Source: Vulcanisaeta sp. AZ3 (lineage in GTDB: Archaea > Thermoproteota > Thermoprotei > Thermoproteales > Thermocladiaceae). From it: a DNA stretch of 64,000 bases. The stretch spans positions 1 through 64,000 of the forward strand of contig JZWU02000004.1 of NCBI GenBank assembly GCA_000960865.2. Reading direction: 5' to 3'. Position 1 is the stretch's first letter, and every line of letters starts with the position of its first letter. Of this stretch, positions 29,392 through 39,411 are shown in pieces. A program made the position numbers and the translations under genes. The notes under the pieces are model-generated. The model saw nothing but the letters and a program-made list of their open reading frames with translations, ran no database searches and was not told the origin of the DNA.

Positions 29392-30540
29392 ATGACGATT
29401 GAGATTATAAAGCCTGATTATAATGGTTATAGCATTCAAAATTTAGCTAACACGCTACTTTCGAATTTCGGTATTGCCGTGAGGGGTCCTAGGTTGAGAT
29501 ACGACTTGGATCTAGATAGGCGTGTAGTATTGATATTAATTGATGGCGTTAGTTATCAGGACTTAATCAATGTGTTTGGAGATTCACTTAGGGTTAGTAA
29601 GTTGTATAGGTTGTCTACGGTATTCCCTACAACAACATCAACGGTATTAACGACCTTATTTACGGGATTAAGCCCTGGAACCCATGGAGTCTTGGGACCT
29701 AACCTATACCTTAAGGAGTTAGGTGCTATAATTAATACCCTGAACATGGGGCCTGTAATTGGTGAAAGGGATGGTTTGTATAGGTCAGGTTATGATTTGA
29801 AGGAGTTATTCCCGATAAAATCTACGATATTTGAAGAATTAAGTGCAATGGGTATTAGGGGTAGAGTTTACGTGCCAAGGGGTATATCGGGTGGGTTGTC
29901 TAGGTTGACTTATGCGGGGGCTGAGGTTGTGGAGTACGCTACATATTATGATGCTATTGTGAATGCGGGTAAGTTTCTTAATGACTATAAAGAGGTGTTT
30001 GTGCATATATACATAACTACTGTGGACTCGGCTTCGCATAAGTATGGGCCGAATTCTGAGGAGAGTAGGGTTGTTTTAAGGGAGACTGTAGATTCCGTGA
30101 TTCGTCTTACCAGGAATTACCTTAAGGAATCAAGTGTTATTATAACTGCTGATCATGGTCATGATGAGGTATTGAGGAATGTGAAGGCTAATGATTTATT
30201 AAACCTGCTCGATCTGCTTACTGTACCTCCATATGGTGATGCTAGGGCAATATACTATAGGCTTAATAATGGTGTTGATATTGCTGACTTGAGGTCGTTA
30301 TTGAATAAGAATAATATTAGTGGGGTTATGCTGAGCAAGGGAGAGGCGGTAAGTATGGAGCTGTTTGGTGAGATTGATGGTGGAGTTATTGATAGAGTTG
30401 GAGATGCCGTGTTCATACCAAGTAGTGGTTCGTCCTTAATATATCTCTATAGACCTGATAATGAGGAGGTGTTGATGTTAAAAGGCCAGCATGGTGGGTT
30501 AACAGAGAGGGAGTTATACGTACCATTAATACAGCCTTAA
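29392..30540 (+). CDS. Alkaline phosphatase superfamily / nucleotide pyrophosphatase-phosphodiesterase
   Basis: LIDGV, VFPTTTSTVLTTLFTG, DSASHKYG, TADHG, GQHGG. Confidence 0.88.
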   Translation: MTIEIIKPDYNGYSIQNLANTLLSNFGIAVRGPRLRYDLDLDRRVVLILIDGVSYQDLINVFGDSLRVSKLYRLSTVFPTTTSTVLTTLFTGLSPGTHGVLGPNLYLKELGAIINTLNMGPVIGERDGLYRSGYDLKELFPIKSTIFEELSAMGIRGRVYVPRGISGGLSRLTYAGAEVVEYATYYDAIVNAGKFLNDYKEVFVHIYITTVDSASHKYGPNSEESRVVLRETVDSVIRLTRNYLKESSVIITADHGHDEVLRNVKANDLLNLLDLLTVPPYGDARAIYYRLNNGVDIADLRSLLNKNNISGVMLSKGEAVSMELFGEIDGGVIDRVGDAVFIPSSGSSLIYLYRPDNEEVLMLKGQHGGLTERELYVPLIQP

Positions 30541-31871
30541 CCACCAACAAGTCTATCTAATCTTCTCCTAGACTTCTTTATTTGATTGACCATTCTCTTC
30601 ATTAGTTGATAATAATTCAGTAGCTCCTTAACGTCTTTAGGCGATACACCGGCACCCTTAGCTATTCTCCTAATCCTCGATGCATTTATCGTCTCAGGGT
30701 TAAGCAGTTCCTCTTTCGTCATTGAGTTAAGTATGTTTCTCCATCTCCTAAGCATCTCCTGGGCGTTACTCATTCTCTCATCATCAAGCATTAATGCCCT
30801 ATACTGGGTTGGTAGTAGGCTTGTTGGTAGTAGTTCCATGATTTTGCTCAGTGGTCCAAGTTTTAGCATGGAATCTAATTGTTTCTTTAGGGTTAATAGG
30901 TTCATTTTACCTTCCTCAATTTCCTCCATAACCTTATTCTCCTCCTCAATGGCCTTGATTCTTTCAATGAGCGTTTCAAGGTCGCCCATACCAAGCATCC
31001 TAGATACGAATTTATCGGCATTGAAGACCTCAACCTCATCAATGCCCTCACCAACACCAATGAACTTAATCTTAGCACCACTCTTAATGACTGAGGTCAA
31101 TGCACCACCAGCCTTAGCAGTACTATCCATCTTCGTCAAAAATACACTATTTATGGGTACGTACTTCATGAAGGCTTCAGTCTGGGCGGCTGCTTGCCTA
31201 CCTATGGTTGCATCAATGACTAACATAACCTCATCAGGCTTGGACTCCTCATAAATTGCCCTGGCCTCTCTCAATAACTCTTCCTCATTCCTATGCCTAC
31301 CTGCCGTATCAATTATTATCAAGTCAACCTTATTTCTCTGCATGTATTCAAGCCCGTGTCTCAATATTGTAAGTGAGTCCTTAGAATTCTCCTCACCATA
31401 GAACATAGCATTAACTTTCTCAGCTAACTGTTTAAGCTGGTAGTAGGCACCTGGCCTGTATGTGTCAGTCTCAATGAGCCCAACCTTTAGGTTTCTTCTC
31501 ATGTAGAACCAAGCCAATTTAGCAGCTGTCGTTGTCTTTCCACTACCCTCAACGCCAATTAACATTAGTCTATACGGCTTCTTAGTAATATTAACATCAA
31601 GTCCTCCCTCACCGCCCAAGGCTTTAATCAATTCTTGATAGAGTAGGTATATGAGGAATTCCTTCGAGGTTATTCCCTCTGGGGGTTTCTCCTGCCTAAA
31701 TCTTTCTTCAATTGACTTAGTTATTGATGAAACAGCATCAGCACTTACATCAGCCCTTAATAATACTCTTTGAACTTCCCTTAAAATCTCCCTTAGCGTT
31801 GTCTCATCTATGTAATTAATTCCCCTAATCCTAGCAACTAAGTTGGTGAATGCCTCAATTAACGGTTTCAC
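30537..31871 (-). CDS. srp54: Signal recognition particle protein SRP54
   Basis: GSGKTTTAAKLA, DTAGRH, TKMDSTAKAGG, LGMGDL, SRIRRIAKGAG. Confidence 0.96.
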   Translation of the reverse strand: MKPLIEAFTNLVARIRGINYIDETTLREILREVQRVLLRADVSADAVSSITKSIEERFRQEKPPEGITSKEFLIYLLYQELIKALGGEGGLDVNITKKPYRLMLIGVEGSGKTTTAAKLAWFYMRRNLKVGLIETDTYRPGAYYQLKQLAEKVNAMFYGEENSKDSLTILRHGLEYMQRNKVDLIIIDTAGRHRNEEELLREARAIYEESKPDEVMLVIDATIGRQAAAQTEAFMKYVPINSVFLTKMDSTAKAGGALTSVIKSGAKIKFIGVGEGIDEVEVFNADKFVSRMLGMGDLETLIERIKAIEEENKVMEEIEEGKMNLLTLKKQLDSMLKLGPLSKIMELLPTSLLPTQYRALMLDDERMSNAQEMLRRWRNILNSMTKEELLNPETINASRIRRIAKGAGVSPKDVKELLNYYQLMKRMVNQIKKSRRRLDRLVGG

Positions 31872-31914
31872 GGTAACCTAATTTTTCCTTCGGCTTAGCC
31901 TTAAATAGTTATTG

Positions 31915-32988
31915 TTATTGCGGGTATTGCTGTGTCCCGTAGTATTGTGATGTGTAGTATTGTTGTGGATAATAATAGTTTTGCGTTGTTTGTTTACCGC
32001 AATAATAACTTCTGTAATAATTAAGTGTTGTTTCATCGTTCAAGGGCCCTATTATGTATATGCCGCTGGGTCCAATTTCGTAGATCAATTTTATAGGCCT
32101 AATTGGCATCCACCTCATTTTTCTAATGAACATAACTCTCATTAGGCATCCAATGTCATTGTTGGCCAGGCTTAACTCCTTGAGAGAGAGCATAATGACT
32201 CCACTGGCTAGGTACTCCTCAACACCAAATCTGCTTAATTTATTCTCCTCGCCTGTAGGTATTTCTGACGTCATTATTGTCGTGACATCCTTAAGCTTCT
32301 TAAGCTGAAACACAAGCTCCCTGAGATATTCCCTTATCCAAATTACGTCTTGATGGCTCATTATTATTAATGGTGCTATCGGGTCTATGACCAGTCTCTT
32401 TACATTGTACTTTTTCACTTGCTCAATAATCATCTTAGCTAGATCTCTCGGGTTAAGGGTTATCTTCTCGTCACGGGCATAGACACTGAAGTACGTTCTG
32501 AAGTCAGCCAGAACTAACTTACTGCTTCTCTCATAGGTATCTAGGTCCCAGCCAAGTGCGTCACGGACACCGTTCTTAACATCCTCAGAGGGTTCATCAA
32601 CAGTTACGTACATGCCAACTTCATCTGAATCCGCTCCGGTTCTTAGGAAGGTTAGGCTGAATATTGTCTTTCCAGTACCGGCCTCGCCAGCTATCAAGTA
32701 AACCTCTCCCTTCTTAAATCCACCACCGAGCACGTACGTATCTAAATAATTAATGCCAGTTAATGCCTTATCCTCATAGTAATAGTAATAATATGGGTAT
32801 TGGCCCTGGGGATACTGCATTGTTTGAGTAGGGCTTTGAGTATCATATTGGTATTGATAGTATGCCGTTGTATCATAATTATAATAATTATTCGATGCAT
32901 AATTAGTATAATTGGTGTAGGAATCCTGGTTAGTCTCATAATCTCTCCTTATTGGTTTCATATTACTCGTCAATAGTAATAAAGGCAC
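31915..32988 (-). CDS. KaiC/RAD55-like RecA-superfamily ATPase with Y/Q/N-rich termini (start possibly 32961)
   Basis: TGINYLD..LGGG, GEAGTGKT, RLVIDPI, GVEEYLASGVI, IRKMR. Confidence 0.88.
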   Translation of the reverse strand: MPLLLLTSNMKPIRRDYETNQDSYTNYTNYASNNYYNYDTTAYYQYQYDTQSPTQTMQYPQGQYPYYYYYYEDKALTGINYLDTYVLGGGFKKGEVYLIAGEAGTGKTIFSLTFLRTGADSDEVGMYVTVDEPSEDVKNGVRDALGWDLDTYERSSKLVLADFRTYFSVYARDEKITLNPRDLAKMIIEQVKKYNVKRLVIDPIAPLIIMSHQDVIWIREYLRELVFQLKKLKDVTTIMTSEIPTGEENKLSRFGVEEYLASGVIMLSLKELSLANNDIGCLMRVMFIRKMRWMPIRPIKLIYEIGPSGIYIIGPLNDETTLNYYRSYYCGKQTTQNYYYPQQYYTSQYYGTQQYPQ

Positions 32989-33012
32989 TATATATATGTT
33001 GCGTTCCCTTAA

Positions 33013-34644
33013 TCATTCTCTGGGCTTAACCTTAAGTTGAACATTGAACTTCCTACCAATGCTCTCGAGCTTAGGTAAACCCTTAGATATGACCACACCA
33101 ATATAAGCATTAGGCACTTGAATTACTATTGAGCCGTCCTCGCCTCTAACAATTGTGACTTCCTCAGGAGGTACATACTTCCTCAAAATCCTAATAATCC
33201 TACTCAACAACCTCTTATCACTCACTGCGCGTTCAACTCTACGGGCCTTACCAATGGGTGTTACGAAAATCTCCTCACCGAACACGTAAATTTCGTACTC
33301 AACAGTATTACTTATGAAATCCTTAACAATAACAACAGGCCTTGCAAGATCCTCCTCGCTCATACCCTCAGGAACCTTCACCGTAAGTTCTAAACTATAT
33401 ACCTTCTGAACCTCGCCATCTCTCATGAAGAGTACTGTGTCTATTATTGAGGGGAGCATGCCAAGTTCGGTCCTACCTATGAATCTCTGGATTGCGTCTA
33501 TTGGGTTTGTTGCATGTACAACACCAACCATACCAACGCCAGCGAGCCTAAGGTCTATGTACAACTGAAAGTCAGCCGTATCTCTCATTTCATCAAATAT
33601 TGTGAAGTCTGGTCTAGATAGTAATAGGAGATCGTGAATCTCCTCGGAGGATGCGTAAGTCTTTGAGATTTGCGTGACCTCATTGGGCAGTATCATATCT
33701 CTAGGAGACTCCACGGTCTTAACTATTCTACCAAGGTTCATGTAATACTCAGCTAATGCCTGCGCAAATGTTGTCTTACCAGCACCAGGTGGCCCCGCTA
33801 TAAGTATTCCCTCAGCCTGCTTACTAAGCCTCTCAAGAACCCCAGGATGTAGCGAATATTCCTCCAACCTTCTCTTAATCAGTGGCCTAACGGCAGTTAT
33901 CTCAATTCCATCAGAAACGGGAGGTAATGCAATGACTATTCTGTACTCACCGTGCTGAATTATTAACGAATTCTCTCTCTTAATCTCAACCCTAGTATTA
34001 CTATCTGCCTTCAATGATGCAGATATTAATTCCCTAACCATCCTTTCCAAATACTCTCTACTCAATGGTTTAGTACCAAGAGGCACTAACTGCCAATTAC
34101 CTGGCCTCCCTTTCTTGGCGTAGGGTATTGATCCCTCCTTAAGGTGAATTGACATAGTGTCTTGGTCAAAAAATCTCTCGATCTCTAGTGCTTCCTTGTG
34201 CTGGCCTATGAAAAGTGTCTCTACACCCATTGCCTTAGCTATTTCTAGGTTCATCTCATCGCTAGTAATTAGGGTAGCCCCTAATTCCCTAGCCATTTCT
34301 CTAACCACTTCATCGACAGTATGTTGATCGAGTCTCATTATTGATTTAGGAATTATTGATACGTATTCTATGGTCGTACCCTCAGAATTAAACCTACTAA
34401 TGGGTTCCGTGATATTATTTAATTCTCTAATACCTAACCAACCCAGAGCACCACCAGCCCTAGCCTCACTTTCAAATCTCCTAATAATCTCTGTATGAAC
34501 AAGAATTCTACCCCTAATGCTACCCTTCAATATGGCCTCTTTCAAACTACCATCCAAGAAAACCGAGGTATCAGGCACGTACACATTACTTACCTGCATT
34601 CCTCCAATCGCTAATTGGATCGAAGCTAACACCTTAATAAACAC
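33013..34644 (-). CDS. PINA-type ATPase (PIN + PilT/VirB11-like ATPase + KH domain)
   Basis: VPDTSV PIN start, TMSIHLKEG, GPPGAGKTTFAQAL, KTVESPRD, FDEMR, C-terminal IGVVISKG KH-like. Confidence 0.9.
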   Translation of the reverse strand: MFIKVLASIQLAIGGMQVSNVYVPDTSVFLDGSLKEAILKGSIRGRILVHTEIIRRFESEARAGGALGWLGIRELNNITEPISRFNSEGTTIEYVSIIPKSIMRLDQHTVDEVVREMARELGATLITSDEMNLEIAKAMGVETLFIGQHKEALEIERFFDQDTMSIHLKEGSIPYAKKGRPGNWQLVPLGTKPLSREYLERMVRELISASLKADSNTRVEIKRENSLIIQHGEYRIVIALPPVSDGIEITAVRPLIKRRLEEYSLHPGVLERLSKQAEGILIAGPPGAGKTTFAQALAEYYMNLGRIVKTVESPRDMILPNEVTQISKTYASSEEIHDLLLLSRPDFTIFDEMRDTADFQLYIDLRLAGVGMVGVVHATNPIDAIQRFIGRTELGMLPSIIDTVLFMRDGEVQKVYSLELTVKVPEGMSEEDLARPVVIVKDFISNTVEYEIYVFGEEIFVTPIGKARRVERAVSDKRLLSRIIRILRKYVPPEEVTIVRGEDGSIVIQVPNAYIGVVISKGLPKLESIGRKFNVQLKVKPRE

Positions 34645-34659
34645 TTTTGTTCGTTATGG

Positions 34660-35649
34660 CTAATCCTCAATAACCTTAGCACCTTCTGAGTCCAGGCTGG
34701 CCTTTATAACGGAACCGCCAACAAGCTCCACAGCCCTCTCAACCTCAGGCTTATTTGATAGAGCGATCATGCATCCACCACCGCCCGCACCAGTTAGCTT
34801 AGAACCAAGGGCACCGGCATGTCTCGCCGCATATACAAGCTCACTCAATTGCCTATTAGATACACCCAATGCCTCGAGTAAGCCTTGATTTACATTCATC
34901 AACACACCCATTAACTCTAAATCACCCTTCTCCAATGCTTCCCTACCCTTCCTCGTAATGATACCAATAGTCTTAATTATCGGCTCAATAACATCTCTCA
35001 TCTCTTCATACCTTCTCTTAACCATGGCTACCAATTCCTTAGTCGTACTGACCCTAGGTACATACCCAATGATTAGGGGTATCTCTGTACCAGGCCTTAC
35101 AGGGTCCATAGTTGTATTGTCTCCATCAGGCTTTACATACATTATACCGCCGAAGGTAGCCATTGTCGTATCCGTAGGACTTGCAGCGCCTTGAACATCT
35201 CTTTCCACTCTCCAAGCAAGGCTCGCTAAATCCCTCTTATCAATTTCATACCCTAGCTCCCTGATGTAAGAGAGTAGTGTTGCCACGGCCACCGCAGCAG
35301 AAGTCCCTAGACCAGCACCCACTGGCATCTCTGATTTTATGATTAAGTCAACACCCACTCTCTTATCTACATAATCCATTGCTAATTCAACAGCCCTCTT
35401 AACATAACTTAAAGCCGATATCACAGCACCATAGTCAGTCCTTGCGGTGATATTACCATCCTCTTGAATAGTTACTGAAATGCCCACAAGCCTAAGGTCT
35501 CTGGCATTTATGTTTACCTTACCATCGCTCCTAGCCTTGGCCGTTACATATACGTACTTATTAATAGCCATTGCCAGGGCAGGTTCTCCATATACAACAG
35601 CATGTTCGCCATACAATATTACTTTACCCGGCGCCCTAACGGTAACCAC
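34660..35649 (-). CDS. mvk: Mevalonate kinase
   Basis: APGKVILYGEHAVVYG, PVGAGLGTSAA, KLTGAGGGGC. Confidence 0.95.
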   Translation of the reverse strand: MVTVRAPGKVILYGEHAVVYGEPALAMAINKYVYVTAKARSDGKVNINARDLRLVGISVTIQEDGNITARTDYGAVISALSYVKRAVELAMDYVDKRVGVDLIIKSEMPVGAGLGTSAAVAVATLLSYIRELGYEIDKRDLASLAWRVERDVQGAASPTDTTMATFGGIMYVKPDGDNTTMDPVRPGTEIPLIIGYVPRVSTTKELVAMVKRRYEEMRDVIEPIIKTIGIITRKGREALEKGDLELMGVLMNVNQGLLEALGVSNRQLSELVYAARHAGALGSKLTGAGGGGCMIALSNKPEVERAVELVGGSVIKASLDSEGAKVIED

Positions 35650-35740
35650 ACAAGTGGAAATTAGGGATTAGGAATTAAGCCTTTCCATTCATAATATTAG
35701 TAAACTCATGCTTGAACTAATTATTTGTCAGTGATTTTCC

Positions 35741-36919
35741 TTATATATGCAGAATTAAAATCATCAATGAAAGGATTAAGGGTGTTAAGAAGAGTGTATA
35801 TGTACTAATACTATATAAGGCGCCGGATAAGTATCCACCTATTATTTGACCAACTAATTGAAATACAATAAAGAAGCTAAACCCATAACCTCTTCTATCA
35901 ATCTTAACTAACCTCCCAAGCCCACTCTGTAACTCAGTCATTATTAATTGAGATCCGACTTGAAGTAATATGAGGTAAAACATGGCCGTTAATACGTTCT
36001 CAAAGAGGCCCACAGCGCTACCTAAAATATTAATTACAGAACCTAGTAACATCAGCCATCTTCTTAATCTATCAACGTAAAACGTCAGTAATATACCAAT
36101 GACTATGTAAGCTGCATAGGATACAGAGACAAAGTACCCCCAATAAACCGTACTTAACCCCAACCTATAAACCGCAAATACTGAAAGCAATGTATTAGCC
36201 GGCATTACGGATATCGTCAGTAATAATGCAATAATGTATATTCTCACAACATCATTGGGTAAGTTAACTATATCACTGAGAGAATAGTAAGAATGCAGTA
36301 CCTCTCTAAACGAAATCTTCTCATTGTTATTCCTTAGCGTTTCCTTTAAGGTAAATTGCCTAATCACAGCCACGGCTATGGATATAAATGCTGAGATTAT
36401 GTATGCCAGCCTAATACCTAGTAAACCATACTTATTAATCAAGAGACCCCCAATGGGTGGTAGTATCAACCAAGGTATTTGTGGTAATACTGAGGTTATT
36501 AGGATACCGCTTGCATATCGTTCTTGTGGTAATGAATCAATTATTATTGCAGATAGAGCTGGTTGGTAGAAGGCGGCAGCCATGTTTATTGCATATATTG
36601 CAATTAATGACTGCCAATTCGGCGCAATTGCCATTAGGAATGAAGTTATAGTGATTAACCATGTACCAATGACTATTGACTTCCTACGGCCAATGGTATC
36701 TGTTAAATAACCTCCAGGTATTATCGTCATTAACTGTGCCGAAATTGCTATGGAATAGGTAATACCAATCTCAACAGAGTTTGCGCCAAGCATCTTCATG
36801 TAGATTGATAGATAAGGCATTGTTATGGCATTACCAATACCATAAAGCAACCAAGTGAGTAATAATACTCCAACATTCCCAGTTATATAATACTTAATAT
36901 TATTTCTCAGACTCCGCAA
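35741..36919 (-). CDS. MFS transporter
   Basis: ~12 TM segments, GYLTDTIGRRK motif A. Confidence 0.9.
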   Translation of the reverse strand: MRSLRNNIKYYITGNVGVLLLTWLLYGIGNAITMPYLSIYMKMLGANSVEIGITYSIAISAQLMTIIPGGYLTDTIGRRKSIVIGTWLITITSFLMAIAPNWQSLIAIYAINMAAAFYQPALSAIIIDSLPQERYASGILITSVLPQIPWLILPPIGGLLINKYGLLGIRLAYIISAFISIAVAVIRQFTLKETLRNNNEKISFREVLHSYYSLSDIVNLPNDVVRIYIIALLLTISVMPANTLLSVFAVYRLGLSTVYWGYFVSVSYAAYIVIGILLTFYVDRLRRWLMLLGSVINILGSAVGLFENVLTAMFYLILLQVGSQLIMTELQSGLGRLVKIDRRGYGFSFFIVFQLVGQIIGGYLSGALYSISTYTLFLTPLILSLMILILHI

Positions 36920-36964
36920 ATGATAGCACCACCAGGTTATTTCTGTACTGCATTTTAAGCTTAA

Positions 36965-37012
36965 TCAGCGACTCTACTTTCATCACTGGTCAAGAGACCG
37001 TCGACTCATCAC
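36965..37012 (-). ncRNA. Box C/D methylation guide sRNA
   Basis: GTGATGA-GTCGACGGTCTC-TTGA-CCA-GTGATGA-AAGTAGAGTCG-CTGA (C, D', C', D boxes, 11-12 nt guides), intergenic. Confidence 0.85.
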
Positions 37013-37051
37013 TCATGGAAATAATTAGCAGAAATGACTTAAAAAGTTATG

Positions 37052-38587
37052 TTAAGTTGATTTATACCTGACGATAGCACCCCTCGTACACACTAATTGG
37101 CATATACCACAACCAACGCACTTGCTTACATTTATTACAGGATTGCTATCCATGTATATTGCTGGACAATTAATCCTTAAGCAATCACCACAATTATCGC
37201 AATAATCATTAATAACCCTATAAACATACCTAACTGTTGAACCAACCACGTTCATCACTATAACCCCCTTGGTATTAATAATACTTAGTAATTCTGCCAG
37301 GGAGTTTAGAGGGTCTTCCTCGTTATAATTAATGGTCTTAAAGTCAATGTTAAGCTTAGAGAGTATGTTGAGGGCCTCCTTGCAATTATCGCCTATGATG
37401 AGTATGATCAATAAATAATTAGTGTTGCGGTAGTTTATTATCTCCTTAAGTAGGTCTTGATACATAATTAGTGTGCATGGGTTTATTATTGCTATACTCC
37501 TACCATAACTATACCCAGCCTTACTTATTGCCAATATTGCAGCTAGCGGATTAGTCACTAAATCTATGGCTTGATCGTAATTGTTTGGTTCGAAGTAAGT
37601 TAGTAGTATATCAAAGCTTGGTAATAAACCCTCCTTACTCACTAGGTGCGTGTATGTTGTGTCTAGAACTACAAGGGGCACTTCACCATGTCTTACGTAC
37701 TTTGATATTAACCATTCAATGAGCATTAATGGGTCTCCTGGGCTTCGAAAAAAGAGTTCCTGCTTTAGTCTCATTATTAATTCATTGTATTGATTAGTAA
37801 CATCATTAATCATGAGCCTAGTAATACCAAGCCTACTAGCTAGGTAATCATTGATGTCAACTACGTATTTAGCATTAATGGAATCCTTGGGTATGGGATT
37901 AACGTAGAGAGTTCTTACTAATGCGTAATTCACGAGTTCACTAATCCTTCCCTTAATTAGAGACCAGGCAGAACCAGAAAATAAGACTCCATCGCCACTA
38001 CCCATTGTAACTATGGTATCCTTAGCCCTAATCACGGCATCCTTCGGCAGTTCCCTCGCTTGGTAACTCAGTAATCGATCTAACCCCCACCGCATTGGTT
38101 CACCCCAGTTCTTATTGAATGTAGGTTCTCTGCGTCTAATGCCAAAGCCCTTAACCCCATCATTGATGGTTATCCAAGGTCCTAGCCTGATAATGTATGG
38201 TGTTTCGAGGGTCTCACTATAATCTCTACCTTCTCTAGTCGCCGTTAATAAGCTCTCGGAATCCCAGGGTTCAAGGCAAGGAATACCCATTAGCTCACAG
38301 AATGGCCTCACGTCCCCTAGATCATATACATAAATCACAATGGAGCCTCTAACTCTAACTGTGTTTAGGGCACCTAATGAGTTAAGGAAGCCTACGTCGT
38401 CGGTGAGAATCGCAGTGCTTCTAAACATGCTTGATAATACTTCAGTCTCATGAACTGCTTCTTCAGGTCTTACCTTAATGTCGAATATCTTATTCATTAT
38501 GAGGGAGCCTGTAATCACTAAATCATCGAATGAATCCTTAAGCACATCAGCAATACGCCTTATGGTGCTCTTTGCATCGCTCACCAT
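37052..38587 (-). CDS. Divergent indolepyruvate oxidoreductase alpha (IorA)-like protein with C-terminal ferredoxin
   Basis: C-terminal CDNCGDCLRINCPAI..CVGCGICQLVC; IPCLEP..SE..ETPYIIR region; TPP motif not evident. Confidence 0.6.
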   Translation of the reverse strand: MVSDAKSTIRRIADVLKDSFDDLVITGSLIMNKIFDIKVRPEEAVHETEVLSSMFRSTAILTDDVGFLNSLGALNTVRVRGSIVIYVYDLGDVRPFCELMGIPCLEPWDSESLLTATREGRDYSETLETPYIIRLGPWITINDGVKGFGIRRREPTFNKNWGEPMRWGLDRLLSYQARELPKDAVIRAKDTIVTMGSGDGVLFSGSAWSLIKGRISELVNYALVRTLYVNPIPKDSINAKYVVDINDYLASRLGITRLMINDVTNQYNELIMRLKQELFFRSPGDPLMLIEWLISKYVRHGEVPLVVLDTTYTHLVSKEGLLPSFDILLTYFEPNNYDQAIDLVTNPLAAILAISKAGYSYGRSIAIINPCTLIMYQDLLKEIINYRNTNYLLIILIIGDNCKEALNILSKLNIDFKTINYNEEDPLNSLAELLSIINTKGVIVMNVVGSTVRYVYRVINDYCDNCGDCLRINCPAIYMDSNPVINVSKCVGCGICQLVCTRGAIVRYKST

Positions 38588-38637
38588 GCCTTAATTATAT
38601 CATGACTTAAAAAGCCTTATTTATATGGCTCATGGCT

Positions 38638-39407
38638 CTAGGCAAGGCCAAGCTTACCCTCAATTCTAAGGTGCTTGTCGAATATTCTTAGTAACGCATA
38701 GGTGATCATGAATAAGATTATCACAGTCGATATAGAGATTGTTAATTGGTACGTGATTGGTAATGGTATTTCCATATAACCAAGGGCTGACTCACGCATA
38801 ATCACGAATGGATAGGCAATGGGTGAATACTCATTTATTATAAGGAAATACTTGCTGGACTCGCTCGGTATTAATCCACCTAGTGCTGGCATTAGGAACT
38901 GTATGATGTTAGTAACGACCCAGCTAGATCTAAGTTTAATTACAAGCATGGCATATACTGTGGATATGAAGAGTAACTGCAGCGACGCCAGTAATATGGA
39001 TAATACCAAAAGTACCCAATCATGAACCTCAATAACTACATTAAATATTAAGTAAAACTAAACATCAGCGCTAGCAGATCTAGGATAGTATACATGCTGT
39101 AAGCAAGGCCCCAACCAACCACATGCCCCAGCAAGCTACCCTTTACTGTCATTAAGTTCTCAAGGACCCCATTATAACCCTCCTCAATGATACCATGGCC
39201 AAAACCCCACAACCAGCTTGAGTATAGTGTGAAGGCATAAGCAGCCCATAGAAATAATTGTATAACCTGCTCGCTCAGTACCGTAACTCCAAAACCCCTA
39301 AGTGTTAATATGAAGAAGGCTAACCATAGGGGTGCCGTGAGTATATTAATCACTATGAGTAGTGGCCTAGAGAGTACAATGCGTAACCCCCTCCAAGCCT
39401 CAACCAC
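38638..39407 (-). CDS. ABC-2 type permease split by a 1-nt frameshift (ORFs 39048-39407 and 38638-39009)
   Basis: One extra T in the run at 39054-39057 fuses ...MFSFYLIFNVVIEVHDWVLLVLS... into a ~255-aa permease. Confidence 0.75.
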
Positions 39408-39411
39408 TAAC

